Shown here piece by piece: positions 41,623-52,644 of a stretch of 64,000 nucleotides of DNA. The DNA lies in NCBI GenBank assembly GCA_965223295.1, contig CBDCWC010000003.1, positions 864,001 through 928,000 on the forward strand. The letters run 5' to 3'. How positions within the stretch are numbered: position 1 is the stretch's first letter; the number at the start of each line of letters is the position of its first letter. The notes under the pieces were generated by a model, which saw only the letters and a program-made list of their open reading frames with translations, was not told the origin of the DNA and made no database searches. Position numbers and translations under genes: made by a program. This DNA comes from Nitrospirales bacterium. GTDB lineage: Bacteria; Nitrospirota; Nitrospiria; Nitrospirales; UBA8639.

Positions 41623-41917
41623 GAATAGATCAATACGATATTTCGTCCTCCGAGAAAAAAAGATCCAAGTTTTCGAGGTTCCCAAGGGCATTCATTATCA
41701 GCAGGACGAGATAAGGCTCATGATATAGTATTCTTATATTTTATGAACCGTTCAATCTTACACCAATTTTACATCCCTCTTCGAAGCAACGTTCCTATAA
41801 CGGCAAAGTAGCTCTAAACGGTCCTAAAAATTTATCACCACAATATTTGACGTTAGTCAGAAGCCGAAAATTGTTTAGAATCGGAAGGCTAATTATTCAA
41901 AGAAAGACAGAAGTCAC

Positions 41918-43234
41918 TTGAAACGGATCTTTCGTATTGCCTGTATCTATGTGCCAATCGTGGCAGTGCTTGTGGTTCTAGGAACTGTTTATTTCGGCAT
42001 GGAGAACCAACCGGCAGTCACCTCGGTGAAAACCGTGACCACAGACGATGCCACACGTGCTCGGGCTTTGGCTAAACGGATTATCAAAGAAGTTCTTCAT
42101 GCTACGACTACAACAACCCTCATGTTAAACGAGAAAGATGTGGATGGCATTTTTGCCCTGATGAACCGGGCCGTGCCGAGGTTGGTTGGTGATGCCACCA
42201 TTTCCAGCCAGGGCTTGGACGCGGCCGTGACGTTTCAGTTACCCAGGAATCCACTTCGCAACTATGTGAATCTTCGTTTTGGTCTCAAGCCCTCAGCGAC
42301 CGGCCTTGATCTCGAGACAACGTCTCTTGGCCAAATCCCAGTCCCTGGCCCCCTGATGACATTTCTAATCCAACAGGGCGTCAACCTTACACTCGGCGAC
42401 AGTACCGGGTCGAAACTCATCCAGTCTGTCACGGCAGTGGAGTTTGAACGAGATATGGTGAAGTTTCAGATTGAACCCATGCCAGATTTGCGTGGTCGGT
42501 TAAAAGCCCTCTCAAAGAGCTTGGCCAAGGTGCGCAATGAAGTGGCGCTTCTTGGAAACCAGGAAGTCATTGGCCTCTATTATGCCAAGCTCGTCGAACT
42601 GGACAACATTGGCAGGGAACCTGACACGGCCTCGTTGGCAGATGTGTTGGGACCGCTTTTCCTTTTGGTGAAAGACCGTTCCAAGCTCGACGATCCGGCA
42701 ACTGAAAATCAGGCTGCGCTGTTAGCCTTGGTGCTGTACTTTGGAGACGCGCGCTTCGAGCGGTTAACGGGTCCCGTTCGCCAGGGTGCATTAAGAGGCC
42801 ACATTCCTCGCAATCGAGGGATTCGTTTGGGTGGACGTCGTGACTTGTTATTACATTTCATCATTTCCGCCGGGTTAAAATTGGTTAGCGATCAAGGCGT
42901 TGCCATGGCCATCGGAGAATTCAAAGAGCTGCTTGATTCTGACAGAGGAGGCACGGGGTTTAGTTTTGTTGATCTCGCCGCCGACAGGGCTGGTCTCCGC
43001 TTTGCAGAAATTGCGACTGGTCCAAATAGCGGTGCGCTCCATCTCATAAATGTTCTTGCTGGCAAGACAGATGAAAAAACATTTTTTCCCCATTTTCTCG
43101 ATCTTCCAGAGGGTCTATCCGAGAGTGCTTTCAAAAGCCGTTACGGTGACGTGAATGATCTCCGCTATGCATCGATAGTCGAGGAGATCGACAAGCGCCT
43201 AGCAAGAGCAGAAGCATATGCTGTGAGTTACTGA
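41918..43234 (+). CDS. Hypothetical membrane-anchored protein
   Basis: 438 aa ORF, N-terminal TM, conserved-looking HFIISAG...GEFKELLDS..GGTGFSFVDLAADRAG. Confidence 0.8.
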   Translation: MKRIFRIACIYVPIVAVLVVLGTVYFGMENQPAVTSVKTVTTDDATRARALAKRIIKEVLHATTTTTLMLNEKDVDGIFALMNRAVPRLVGDATISSQGLDAAVTFQLPRNPLRNYVNLRFGLKPSATGLDLETTSLGQIPVPGPLMTFLIQQGVNLTLGDSTGSKLIQSVTAVEFERDMVKFQIEPMPDLRGRLKALSKSLAKVRNEVALLGNQEVIGLYYAKLVELDNIGREPDTASLADVLGPLFLLVKDRSKLDDPATENQAALLALVLYFGDARFERLTGPVRQGALRGHIPRNRGIRLGGRRDLLLHFIISAGLKLVSDQGVAMAIGEFKELLDSDRGGTGFSFVDLAADRAGLRFAEIATGPNSGALHLINVLAGKTDEKTFFPHFLDLPEGLSESAFKSRYGDVNDLRYASIVEEIDKRLARAEAYAVSY

Positions 43235-43573
43235 ACTACGAATATTATTATGCCAAACCAACTTGACAGATTTCATTCACTCATATATCGAATCGGTAAC
43301 GCTGTTCCGCTGCCCACTAACAAACACTACCTACCCTCTTTTCGTGTCGATTATCCTGATCATCCAGTGGAAATGGCCAAATAAGGTCCGTGAAATTTTC
43401 CTCCTTTCACCTCAAGTTCTATTTGATAAATGTAGAGAAGATTTTTCCTTTTCTTTTGTATATAACCTCGTCCGCCCCGGTGAACCTTCCTCGTTAAAAA
43501 CTTTATTGCCTTCGCTTCGATCTGGACTGCCATTTATTACTACCATTTCAAATTGGGCTTTCTGGCAGATTTA

Positions 43574-44407
43574 GTAATTAAGACAAAATGTAACCAAAAT
43601 AGATCTTTACAAATCGTTTGAACAAATTCTCCGTTCGATGATTAAAGCGATATTCGATTTCTTTTAGGTAAATCGGAAAATGATATTTCGAGACGCCCCG
43701 ATAGTGATAGAGAGTGCGTTTAGCGTAACTCCAAGATCCTTCGATCCGGTTAATGTGGTTCTTGACCCGTCGGCGACTGACGAATGTCTTTGAATGGTTG
43801 ATCGTATGATGTTTTCCATAGCGTTTCAAGGATTGGTACCCTCGAAAGGCATCCGTGTAGTAGACCGCCCCCTTCTGTGTCTTGGCTTGAATATGCTGCA
43901 TCAGTTCATCCGCACTGATGGATTCGACGACTTTGGTGTAGACGAGGTTTTCCCGCTCCAGAAGCCCAAACACGACGCTTTTCCCGGCCACAGCTCATCC
44001 ACGTTTGCCCTTCCGTTTTCTTCTAAAGTACGCTTCGTCCAGTTCAATCTCACCTTTGAGCTTACCCCCCTCCAACTCGGTCAGATGAAACAGGGCTTCT
44101 CGCAGTCATTGGTAGACGCCTGTGACGACTTTGACATCCACGCCCAAATCCTGGGCCAACCAAAAGGTGGGTCAGAGTTGATAGAAGCCCTGCAAGATGG
44201 CAATCTCTCGACGCAGACGACTCAGGCTTTTGCTCTTCCCACACTATTGGCATTTCACATACCCGCAACTGGTGTGCAGGACCCTAGGAGCCACAAAAAA
44301 TGCACTTGCGGCCTCGCAAAAAGTTGGCCGCACAACTAAAAACCGTGTTTCGTCCAGTGCTCATGCGCCTGTTCTAGCACACACTGGTTACGAAACGCCC
44401 TAATTAC
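43574..44407 (-). mobile_element. Decayed IS1595-family element; transposase pseudogene ~43578-44364
   Basis: IELDEAYF, YTDAFRGY, NHINRIEGSWS, YLKEIEYRFN; several in-frame stops upstream; degenerate IRs GTAATTA-N9-GTAACCA at both ends (boundaries approximate). Confidence 0.85.
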
Positions 44408-44501
44408 CTACTAATTTACAGGGTTGAATTTTTTAGTCCATTGTGGCCAAATAGGCTCATTCAACGGAACAGATCACCCCTAGCACTCTGTTCACTAAAA
44501 A

Positions 44502-47500
44502 ATGCCTACCATCTACATCTCCTCCACTTACGAAGACCTGAAAGACTATCGGCAGATCGTGTTCGAGACACTGAGAAAAAGCGGGTATGAAGTCAAGGCC
44601 ATGGAAGAGTACGTGGCCTCGGATCGGCGACCCCTGGATCAATGTCTCAGGGACGTCGAGGAAGCCGATCTCTACGTAGGCCTGTTTGCCTTTCGATATG
44701 GTTATGTGCCTCCTGAGGGGCATGGCAACGCGAACAATTTATCAATTACCGAACTGGAACTCCGGCGAGCCGAAGACCTCAACAAACCTTGCTTAACATT
44801 TGTGATGGACAACACCACACCTTGGGCTCGAACATTTGATGACGCACACACAGCTGAGGACAAGGGCGAACGCATTCAAGCCTTGCGCCAGAACTTGCTG
44901 AGAGAGAAGCTGTGTAGCACATTTTCATCACCCAATCAGCTAGCAACCCTTGTGCTGACCGCTGTGACGAATCACTTTAAAGATAGGGAAAAAACTGATC
45001 GTCCTATAGCCCCTTCCATTTCAAAATCTAAAGGATCAGAACTGGAAGACAAACCCGTCGCTCCGATAATAATCAATACCTTTCCAAATGAAGTGCCGAT
45101 TAAATTTTATGGCCGTACCAAGGAAATGGATGTTTTGCAAAGACATTTGGCAGATAATGTAAGCTGTTTGCTAACAGTCTATGGGAGAAAAGGTTGTGGT
45201 AAAACGACGACTGTTTGCAAGGTTTTACAAACGATGATTGAGGATAGCCAAAGTCATAGTAGCAAAGAGAGGACTTCTATAGACGGGATAGTGTTTGTTA
45301 AAAATCGAGAGTCTCAGCCTGTGAGTTGGTTGACGATTTTTTCAGAAATACAAAACCTTTTGCCAGATCAAGAGAAAAGCCAATGGGAAACACTTTTTCA
45401 GATACAGGAAATCCCTCTTCAAAAAAAAATAGAACAATTGTTAAAGATTATTTCGCAAAAACGAATTGTGGTATTTATAGATCCTTTTGGTCCAATGGTC
45501 GATCAGGTTAATGGAAGTATTCGGGATCCCGATTTGTCTGAGGCCCTTCAAACTCTTCTGGAGACCCATGGGCACAGAATTAAAATTATCCTAACTTTGG
45601 AAAGTCCGTTGACGAAACTGTCCATGGTTAAGCCCTCACGGCAAGCATTTATTAATCTAAAAGATGGCCTTGGTGAGATTGAGTCGGAAACCATGCTCAG
45701 AGACTCTGATCACGATGGCTCTATCGGGCTCCAGAAGGCAGATCCACAAGTCATTGGAGAAATCTGCACAAGATTAAGAGGAAATCCAAGAGCTTTGATC
45801 AAATTAACGACTCTACTTCGGGTGAATCAAAGTATGAGGTTGAGTGATGTTAGTAACCACACAAAAGATCTACTTCCTCAAGAAATACTGGATGACTTAG
45901 TTGGGCAGGTATTTAGAAGCTTAGATACGCATAGTCGTATGGTGCTCCAAAGCATAGCAATTTTTGGACAACCTATCCCCAGAGAGGCAGTTGAATGGGT
46001 TCTCCGCTCCCATATCTCCCAAGATGTATTACCCGACCTACTTAATTCTCTGGTGAATCGTCGTTTGGTTAAAATGACCACAAAATGTTTTTCCTTAGAC
46101 TATGATGATCGTCAGTATGTCCTTTCCACTATACCAAATGTTTTTGGACAAACTTCCAAAAATCAGAGCAGTCAGGATTTTACAAGGGAGGGTTTGGGTC
46201 GCCTTGCGCGCAAGTATTATAGGAGCAATCGGGTACCTCCAGAGCAATGGAAATTTTTTAGCGATTTAGACTGTTATTTAGCTGAATTTGAGCTATTGAT
46301 AGAAAGCCGTATCTTCGAAGATGCAGTACAAATCTTATTTGAAATTGAGAATTGGCTTTTAAAAAATGGGCGAGATGACACCGTTGCTAAACTCTATTCA
46401 CAGATAAATGAGGAATGCTTGGAAAGTGAATCCAAACTTCGATATGCCAATAAACTTGGTAACATATACCACCGGTTAGGTAAGTTGGAGAAAGCGATTG
46501 CTTATTATCAAAAGGGGTTGAACTATACGCAGCATTTGAAAGAAAGAGAGAGGAAACGAAATGCTGAATTTAGATATTTAAGTAATTTGGGCATTTGCCA
46601 TAAAGAAAGTGGTGATCTGGATCTTGCAATTGCCTATTGCCGACAGTCTTTACATCTTGCCCAAGAGTTGAAAGATACCTCAAAGCAGGCTCATGTATTA
46701 AATACACTAAGTGACTGCAGAGGAAATATAGGTGAGATTTCTCAGGCTATAGAGGCATGTGAAAAAACTTTAAGTCTGGCACAATCTTGTGGATCGGAGT
46801 GGCAAGCGGCCTTAGCTCTGACAAACCTTGGTTTATATCATGGAGAACTCTGTGCTTTTGAGAAAGCCGTAGGATACTCTCAAGAAGCACTTTCATTATC
46901 ACATCTTATAGAATATCGGTTGGGTGAGGGGGCTGCGTTAATCAATCTAGGAGAAATGAATCTTGTTCAAAAAAAGTTTTCTGAAGCAATGACTTACTTC
47001 AACAAAGCCACTCAACTTTCTGACACGATAAAGAGAGCTGAACTCCAACAGAAATCCAGGGTGGGATTGGCTCTAACGCATCTATACAATGGAACTATCA
47101 AGATAGCCAGTGATTATTTACGGGAAGCCTGTGTGTATGAAATAAGAGGGTTTGATTTTTATGCCCTGAGCATCCAAGGAATTGTTGCGTTTGTTCATGG
47201 GGAAAATGACCTGGCAAAAGACTCATTTCATAAAGCTATTACTTGTGGAGAACAGATGTTGAGACGAGAACCGCGTTTTTATCTTGCATGGCTTGGAAAA
47301 GGAATTGCCCATTCTGGATTGTCTATAATAGAAAGGGATGAGTCTCATGCCGATTTCGCCAAAAAAGCCTTTCAGAAAGGAAAATACATTAACCCCAATA
47401 TTGGGATAATGAAAAAAACACAAATGGTGCTTGGGAAACTTGAAGAAGCTACTCCTATCCAGTTTCGACATGACATACAAGAAATAACCGGAATGGCCAG

Positions 47501-47504
47501 CTAA
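44502..47504 (+). CDS. DUF4062 (TIR-like) plus P-loop NTPase plus TPR protein (NLR/STAND-like)
   Basis: IYISSTYEDLKDYR...RYGYVP...SITELE; FYGR..E, GRKGCGKT, GNPRAL; C-terminal TPR array. Confidence 0.85.
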   Translation: MPTIYISSTYEDLKDYRQIVFETLRKSGYEVKAMEEYVASDRRPLDQCLRDVEEADLYVGLFAFRYGYVPPEGHGNANNLSITELELRRAEDLNKPCLTFVMDNTTPWARTFDDAHTAEDKGERIQALRQNLLREKLCSTFSSPNQLATLVLTAVTNHFKDREKTDRPIAPSISKSKGSELEDKPVAPIIINTFPNEVPIKFYGRTKEMDVLQRHLADNVSCLLTVYGRKGCGKTTTVCKVLQTMIEDSQSHSSKERTSIDGIVFVKNRESQPVSWLTIFSEIQNLLPDQEKSQWETLFQIQEIPLQKKIEQLLKIISQKRIVVFIDPFGPMVDQVNGSIRDPDLSEALQTLLETHGHRIKIILTLESPLTKLSMVKPSRQAFINLKDGLGEIESETMLRDSDHDGSIGLQKADPQVIGEICTRLRGNPRALIKLTTLLRVNQSMRLSDVSNHTKDLLPQEILDDLVGQVFRSLDTHSRMVLQSIAIFGQPIPREAVEWVLRSHISQDVLPDLLNSLVNRRLVKMTTKCFSLDYDDRQYVLSTIPNVFGQTSKNQSSQDFTREGLGRLARKYYRSNRVPPEQWKFFSDLDCYLAEFELLIESRIFEDAVQILFEIENWLLKNGRDDTVAKLYSQINEECLESESKLRYANKLGNIYHRLGKLEKAIAYYQKGLNYTQHLKERERKRNAEFRYLSNLGICHKESGDLDLAIAYCRQSLHLAQELKDTSKQAHVLNTLSDCRGNIGEISQAIEACEKTLSLAQSCGSEWQAALALTNLGLYHGELCAFEKAVGYSQEALSLSHLIEYRLGEGAALINLGEMNLVQKKFSEAMTYFNKATQLSDTIKRAELQQKSRVGLALTHLYNGTIKIASDYLREACVYEIRGFDFYALSIQGIVAFVHGENDLAKDSFHKAITCGEQMLRREPRFYLAWLGKGIAHSGLSIIERDESHADFAKKAFQKGKYINPNIGIMKKTQMVLGKLEEATPIQFRHDIQEITGMAS

Positions 47505-48385
47505 AACCCTAAATAAGCAGTCTTTGGAAAGTGCCCTGTAATCCTGTATTTTTGGATTCTGACATCATCCCAGGTATCGCTAATTTGAATAGCTCGATTT
47601 ACCTCTACTTGGGTGGATGGGATCTTATGATCAGCAAGTGATAATGCTCTAGAATTACGAAAGCTTGATGTGAATTGGACAAGAGAAGGCTTGTTCCACC
47701 CTCCTGATTCATTTAGTGGATTACTCACCCGATCAACAAAATCCAACACCCATTCATAGGCTATCTGAGTATTTTCGTTCGGTAGGTCCGAAAGATCTTG
47801 AACAAGAATGGGTGAAGTATCAGTACGAGTACTGGAGACAGGGGAAAGGGTTGAAATTATATAGGGTCCTCTTCCAGGATTTTTCTTAATTTTAGCTAGA
47901 ATAGCTTGGGCCCGATTATAATTATAATGATCCAGAACCCACTGACTCCACCACCTCAAGTTTTCTTTTGTTGTTCGCTTCGAAGGCGCTTGAGGAATTT
48001 CCTCTGCTATAGGTATATACGTAACATTCAAACTCTCACGAGGGCTCCCCAGCTTCTCCAACCTTTCTACATTGGGAATTTCTCGAAGGCATGCTGCTAA
48101 GACCGACTGAAAGAGTCTAAAATTCTCTTGTGTTGGTGGAGCTTCTAAGAGTAGGTAACTATAAAGTCCGTATCCCTGCCCCTCCGGCTCATTACCCACC
48201 AAGAGGGCCTGACCCGTTTGCAATCCCTTTTCCCCCACCGCCTGTGTCGTGAAAGCCTTTCCAGTACAACCCCATGTTCCTGGCAATGCAAGAATGAGGA
48301 TTAAAGAAGAAAAAATGTATAAAAAGGCCCATCGATTCAAAGCGATAAAAAGAAAAGGGGTTGTTGCTTTATTAAAAGGTGGCAT
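47501..48385 (-). CDS. Hypothetical exported or lipoprotein
   Basis: Hydrophobic N-terminus with WGC; GYGLYSYLLL. Confidence 0.65.
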   Translation of the reverse strand: MPPFNKATTPFLFIALNRWAFLYIFSSLILILALPGTWGCTGKAFTTQAVGEKGLQTGQALLVGNEPEGQGYGLYSYLLLEAPPTQENFRLFQSVLAACLREIPNVERLEKLGSPRESLNVTYIPIAEEIPQAPSKRTTKENLRWWSQWVLDHYNYNRAQAILAKIKKNPGRGPYIISTLSPVSSTRTDTSPILVQDLSDLPNENTQIAYEWVLDFVDRVSNPLNESGGWNKPSLVQFTSSFRNSRALSLADHKIPSTQVEVNRAIQISDTWDDVRIQKYRITGHFPKTAYLGF

Positions 48386-48623
48386 CGATATTAAGCACCT
48401 GATCTATACACAAGAAAAAGACACTCCCGTTCTGCGTGGGAGCAGAACTATCAGTACGTCTCTGGAGCTTCATATTTTTTACCAAGTCACTCTGATTGCT
48501 TCTCCCAGTCAACATACGGGGTTTAAACTCAGGTTTGATCCCTCCTCTTTTTATCCGTTCGAGAGAAAGCCCCCCTCTTTTTAAGAACAGGGCTTTACTC
48601 TCGGAGAAACTAGAATGGGCAAA

Positions 48624-49565
48624 TCAAACTGGACTTTCTTGCCCGGGCAGAGGTCGACTTGCACTCTGGCGCTCAGACTGTTCTAAGTTAAGGTAAATGT
48701 CTTTCGCATTGGATAGACAAACGTCATTAAGATTTTTTAGTCGATCTTCATTAATGGGATGTTCATCCAAAAAGTCAATTTCTTTATTGTTCTTATCAGG
48801 ATCTTTCTGCATACGGCGCCAGATACCTAAGGCTTTTTCAGGGTCATACCCTGCCTCAGCCGCCAGCTCTAACCCAATACAATCTGCATCCAATTCATCC
48901 TGTTTGTCCCAAACCATACGTGATCCCACCACATACCCTACCCCCAATGATCCGGCTAGGGGTAACATGATCTTAGGATCCATTTTTTTAGGGTTGAGGG
49001 CAGACCCAGCCATGATCCCACCTGCTCCCAGAGCTGCGACCGTATCTTTACTAATTCGCTTAAGTTCGTGTCTTTCCAAGGTGTGGGCAATTTCGTGCCC
49101 AAGAATCGCCGCTAGAGCTCCCTCGTTTTCGGCAGTCCTAAATACACCTTCGTAAACAGCAATCCCGCCACCTGAAAAGGCCTTGGCGAGTTTCTTGTTA
49201 TCATCTTTAATAATATTGAGTCGCCAATCAAAATCTTTGGCAACCTTTGCATACTTCGAATTGCGCTTAGCAACCTTTTTCAGCTGATCAAAAATGTTCT
49301 TGATCTGCTCCACAATCTTCTTATCCTCTTCAATTTGTTTCGCCTTTTTGCGATCAGAAATTTCCATATCATAGAAAGCATTTCCCAATTTGTACAATAA
49401 AGACGGAGGCATCTGGCTACCAGCTTTCCCCAATAGTTCTGATCCCAACTCAGAGGAACTGGATGTTCCTCCAACTGGAAGTCCAGGAAGATTTTCGCAT
49501 CCAAGAAAAAAAGAGGAAAAGAATAAGACTGCAGAAAAACCTAGCAGAAAGAAAAGATTTCGCAT
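48624..49565 (-). CDS. M48 family metallopeptidase lipoprotein
   Basis: FLGC lipobox, LGHEIAH, ELDADCIG...AGYDP, FLDEHP. Confidence 0.88.
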   Translation of the reverse strand: MRNLFFLLGFSAVLFFSSFFLGCENLPGLPVGGTSSSSELGSELLGKAGSQMPPSLLYKLGNAFYDMEISDRKKAKQIEEDKKIVEQIKNIFDQLKKVAKRNSKYAKVAKDFDWRLNIIKDDNKKLAKAFSGGGIAVYEGVFRTAENEGALAAILGHEIAHTLERHELKRISKDTVAALGAGGIMAGSALNPKKMDPKIMLPLAGSLGVGYVVGSRMVWDKQDELDADCIGLELAAEAGYDPEKALGIWRRMQKDPDKNNKEIDFLDEHPINEDRLKNLNDVCLSNAKDIYLNLEQSERQSASRPLPGQESPV

Positions 49566-49903
49566 GGGATGACCTCCGTGTCTTGAGGGTGAAGAAACTT
49601 CTTGAAGTAGAATCACTTCATTATCATTTCTATGGAGAAATCTTAGGAAAGTCGGCGAATAATAGCAATGTTGCTTTTATTCTGTTAGTTCAAGAAGAAA
49701 ATCCGTTGATTTGAGAAAAGCAAGGAGTTCATAAATTGGGAAATTCGACCGCCGCTCCCTTTCTTGTCTATATTTAAACAAAATGCTACCATTTTTCTCG
49801 TTTAGTTCATTTTTAAGGTATGCAACTCACCTCAATGATAACTCTGTGGCCTTAAATATCCCGATATACTTTGTAGTAGAAACCCCGTTGAGGAGTTCTG
49901 CCA

Positions 49904-50512
49904 ATGAAAAATCCTACTTCATCTTTTCAATCAGGCTCGCAGTCTAGAAGTGCCAATTCCCCCGATTCGAAAGACGCCTCAAAAGGAATTAATGTGCAGT
50001 ATGAACAAGTTGAAAGTCTAGATAAGGTCAGAGAGATCCTTTTTGGAACTCAGGCCAAGAATTTCGAAAACCAATTCCAACGGTTAGAAGACAGAATAAA
50101 TCGTGAAGCAGAAGAAATTAAAGATGATCTGAAGGTTCGTCTTGATGCATTGGAGAGTTTTGTGAAGAAGGAATTGGAAATGGTCTCACAACAGGCGAAG
50201 GCGGAACAAGCACAGCGATTAAACTTAGAGACTAAATTCTCGAAGGAAATAAAGGAATTGCAGAAACTTGTAGGAAGTAAATTTACCTATGTTGAGGAAC
50301 AGTCATTGAAAGGACACAAGGAACTTCGGCAACAAATCCTTGATCAAAATAAAACATTGTCCAACGAAATTCAAAGCAGAAACAATTCCTTGAAGGAGTC
50401 GCTTGCTCAGGACAATCAGGAGCTAAAAGACGTCAAAGTAAGTCGAGTATTGTTGGCTGAATTGCTCATGAATTTGGCGGCAGACTTAAATGACAAGGTT
50501 AAAGTTTCTTAA
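49904..50512 (+). CDS. Coiled-coil protein, first gene of the GTPase module
   Basis: LDKVREILFG followed by long heptad helices; GAGGAG RBS. Confidence 0.75.
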   Translation: MKNPTSSFQSGSQSRSANSPDSKDASKGINVQYEQVESLDKVREILFGTQAKNFENQFQRLEDRINREAEEIKDDLKVRLDALESFVKKELEMVSQQAKAEQAQRLNLETKFSKEIKELQKLVGSKFTYVEEQSLKGHKELRQQILDQNKTLSNEIQSRNNSLKESLAQDNQELKDVKVSRVLLAELLMNLAADLNDKVKVS

Positions 50513-50630
50513 AGCATACCCATGCCTCCTTGATATGGCTGAGTTGGGATTCTCTTTGCTTTCCTAAAACCTGAATCTTTTTAATTTGGCCAATGTTGCC
50601 CCCTCCTGAAAATAGATAGGGCGTTTGTTC

Positions 50631-52619
50631 ATGGCCAAGACCCCAGAAAAAGAAATAGGCCAAGATAGGGCTTCTGCCAGAATTTCTCCTTCCGCCATGG
50701 CCCTCGAAGAACTTCGGCAGCTGCTTCTGGCTCCGGAGCAAGCACAACTTGGAAAGATGAAAGAGCGGCTTGATGCGCTCAACATAGGGCCTACCGAAGT
50801 TGGTGATGTCTTATCAGAGGCTATCCGCTACCAGTCTCAAAAGAATAATGACCTAAAAGACTCTCTGACGCCTATCATACAAGATGAGTTTAGCGAAACA
50901 TTTCCCGGAGCCTTTAAGCGCTCTGTTAGAGAAACGCCTGGCATCATATCGGACGCTGTCTCCCCAATACTCGTACCCACTCTGAATAAAGAATTTCAAA
51001 GAGAATTTCCTCAAACATTCCTGCGGGCAGTAAAAGAGAATCCAAACGCTTTGGCTGAAGCTGTCAGCCCCATCATCATGTCAGCATTGGGAAAATGGAT
51101 ACAGAAACAAATCGAAGAAAAGGTTCAAGTAGTGTCCCAATCGAAAATTGGTGAACTGGTCCAAACCGTGAACCAAGCCCTGGAAAAGGAGTCCCCTATT
51201 CAACGGTTGAAATGGCGATGGCAAGCTTTCTGCACAGGAATGCCTTATGAGGATATTCGTCAGGCCTACTTATTTGCACATTTCAAAGTGATGCATGTGT
51301 TCCTCATCCATGCAAAAACTGGGATTTTATTAAATAGAATATCAGGGCGTGATGAGACAGATCTACGTGAAGACATTGTTGCAAGCATGTTAGGGGCCGT
51401 AAAAAAAGTCCTTGAAGACATTGGAGAGAAAACAGATCCAAATGAGAATGATCGACTCCAAGTGTTAGAATTCCAAAAGAAAAGATTTTATATCGAAATG
51501 GGGCAAGATGCTCTTATAGCTGTGGTGATCAAACAAGATCCTCCTCCAAAATGGAGAGAAACAATACGGGAGACCCTTAGAGTTATTCACCAGAAATTTG
51601 GTTCTAAGCTTGAAAAGTTTAACGGAAACATGGATGGGTATGAACAAACTACTCCTTTCCTCGAACAAATATTAGATAGTCCACGAAACTCTGAAAATGA
51701 AACTTTCAAGAATAAGAAAATTTCAAAAAGCTGGCTAGCTGTGGCAGGAGTCATTCTACTGTTGGGGTATTGGATTGGAGTAGGAATTTATAACAACTAT
51801 ATTTGGAACAAGTTCGTAGGACTTGTCCAGGATTTTGATGAAAATGAGGTAGGTTTATTTATTACCACCGTGGGAAAAGATGCAGAAGACAAACTCTCAA
51901 TCAAAGGATTTTTGGCTCCATCATTTGAAAGAGAAGAATTGGAAACAGGTATTAGAAAAATTGGGGAATCCGTCGGAATAAATCCCCATTCCCTTGATTT
52001 TAATTTCACACCATTTTTCCCTCTTTCACCTGAATATGTTCTGCGATTGGCTAAAGCACTTCTTGCCCCACCTGATTCCGTCAAACTTTTGGTGATAAAC
52101 GATGGGGTTTTACAAGCATCTGGAGTGGCAAGTGTGGCTTGGATAAACGATTTTCGCACCCGGGCAAAGTACTTGCCTGGAATTTCCACGATAAAAGAAG
52201 AAAAGCTCCATTATCGAGGGCAAAGAAAAATGCTTGAACTTAAGAAGACTATTGAGAGTTTTGAATTATATTTTCCTCGGGGAGAGAGCATTGTCAATCG
52301 AGATTCAGACCAACAGATTGAAACCTTATCAAAAAATATCGTGCACCTTGATAGGATCGCTGATGAGATTAAGGGGAAAATAGTATTAGAGATTCATGGG
52401 CATGCGAGCCAAGATGGCTCCTCAGAACTTAACGAGCGAATCAGTTTGCAAAGAGCCAAGAATTTGAAGAATGCGCTCAACCTTTTTGAACTACAAAATA
52501 TTGAAATTCGGACAAAAGCAAAAGGTACTCAATTCCTAGAAAAGTTTAGGGAGAAAGGTGAGGAAAAGAATTTTATGACAAACCGAAGAATTTCACTTCA
52601 CGTTCTCACTCAAGAATGA
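50631..52619 (+). CDS. Helical-repeat / longin-like / TM / OmpA_C protein
   Basis: VFLIHAKTGILL...IVASMLGAV segment, single TM, IHGHASQDGSSELNERISLQRAK...NRRI OmpA-like motif. Confidence 0.8.
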   Translation: MAKTPEKEIGQDRASARISPSAMALEELRQLLLAPEQAQLGKMKERLDALNIGPTEVGDVLSEAIRYQSQKNNDLKDSLTPIIQDEFSETFPGAFKRSVRETPGIISDAVSPILVPTLNKEFQREFPQTFLRAVKENPNALAEAVSPIIMSALGKWIQKQIEEKVQVVSQSKIGELVQTVNQALEKESPIQRLKWRWQAFCTGMPYEDIRQAYLFAHFKVMHVFLIHAKTGILLNRISGRDETDLREDIVASMLGAVKKVLEDIGEKTDPNENDRLQVLEFQKKRFYIEMGQDALIAVVIKQDPPPKWRETIRETLRVIHQKFGSKLEKFNGNMDGYEQTTPFLEQILDSPRNSENETFKNKKISKSWLAVAGVILLLGYWIGVGIYNNYIWNKFVGLVQDFDENEVGLFITTVGKDAEDKLSIKGFLAPSFEREELETGIRKIGESVGINPHSLDFNFTPFFPLSPEYVLRLAKALLAPPDSVKLLVINDGVLQASGVASVAWINDFRTRAKYLPGISTIKEEKLHYRGQRKMLELKKTIESFELYFPRGESIVNRDSDQQIETLSKNIVHLDRIADEIKGKIVLEIHGHASQDGSSELNERISLQRAKNLKNALNLFELQNIEIRTKAKGTQFLEKFREKGEEKNFMTNRRISLHVLTQE

Positions 52620-52644
52620 GAACAGAATTAGGGTACTTACTTCT

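Noticed and set aside
41462-41728. ORFs 41462-41728 (+) and 41491-41691 (-)
   Set aside because: Shadows of the intron core, tRNA exon 2 and the terminator.
43794-44339. 181-aa plus-strand ORF
   Set aside because: Antisense shadow of the IS1595 transposase relic.
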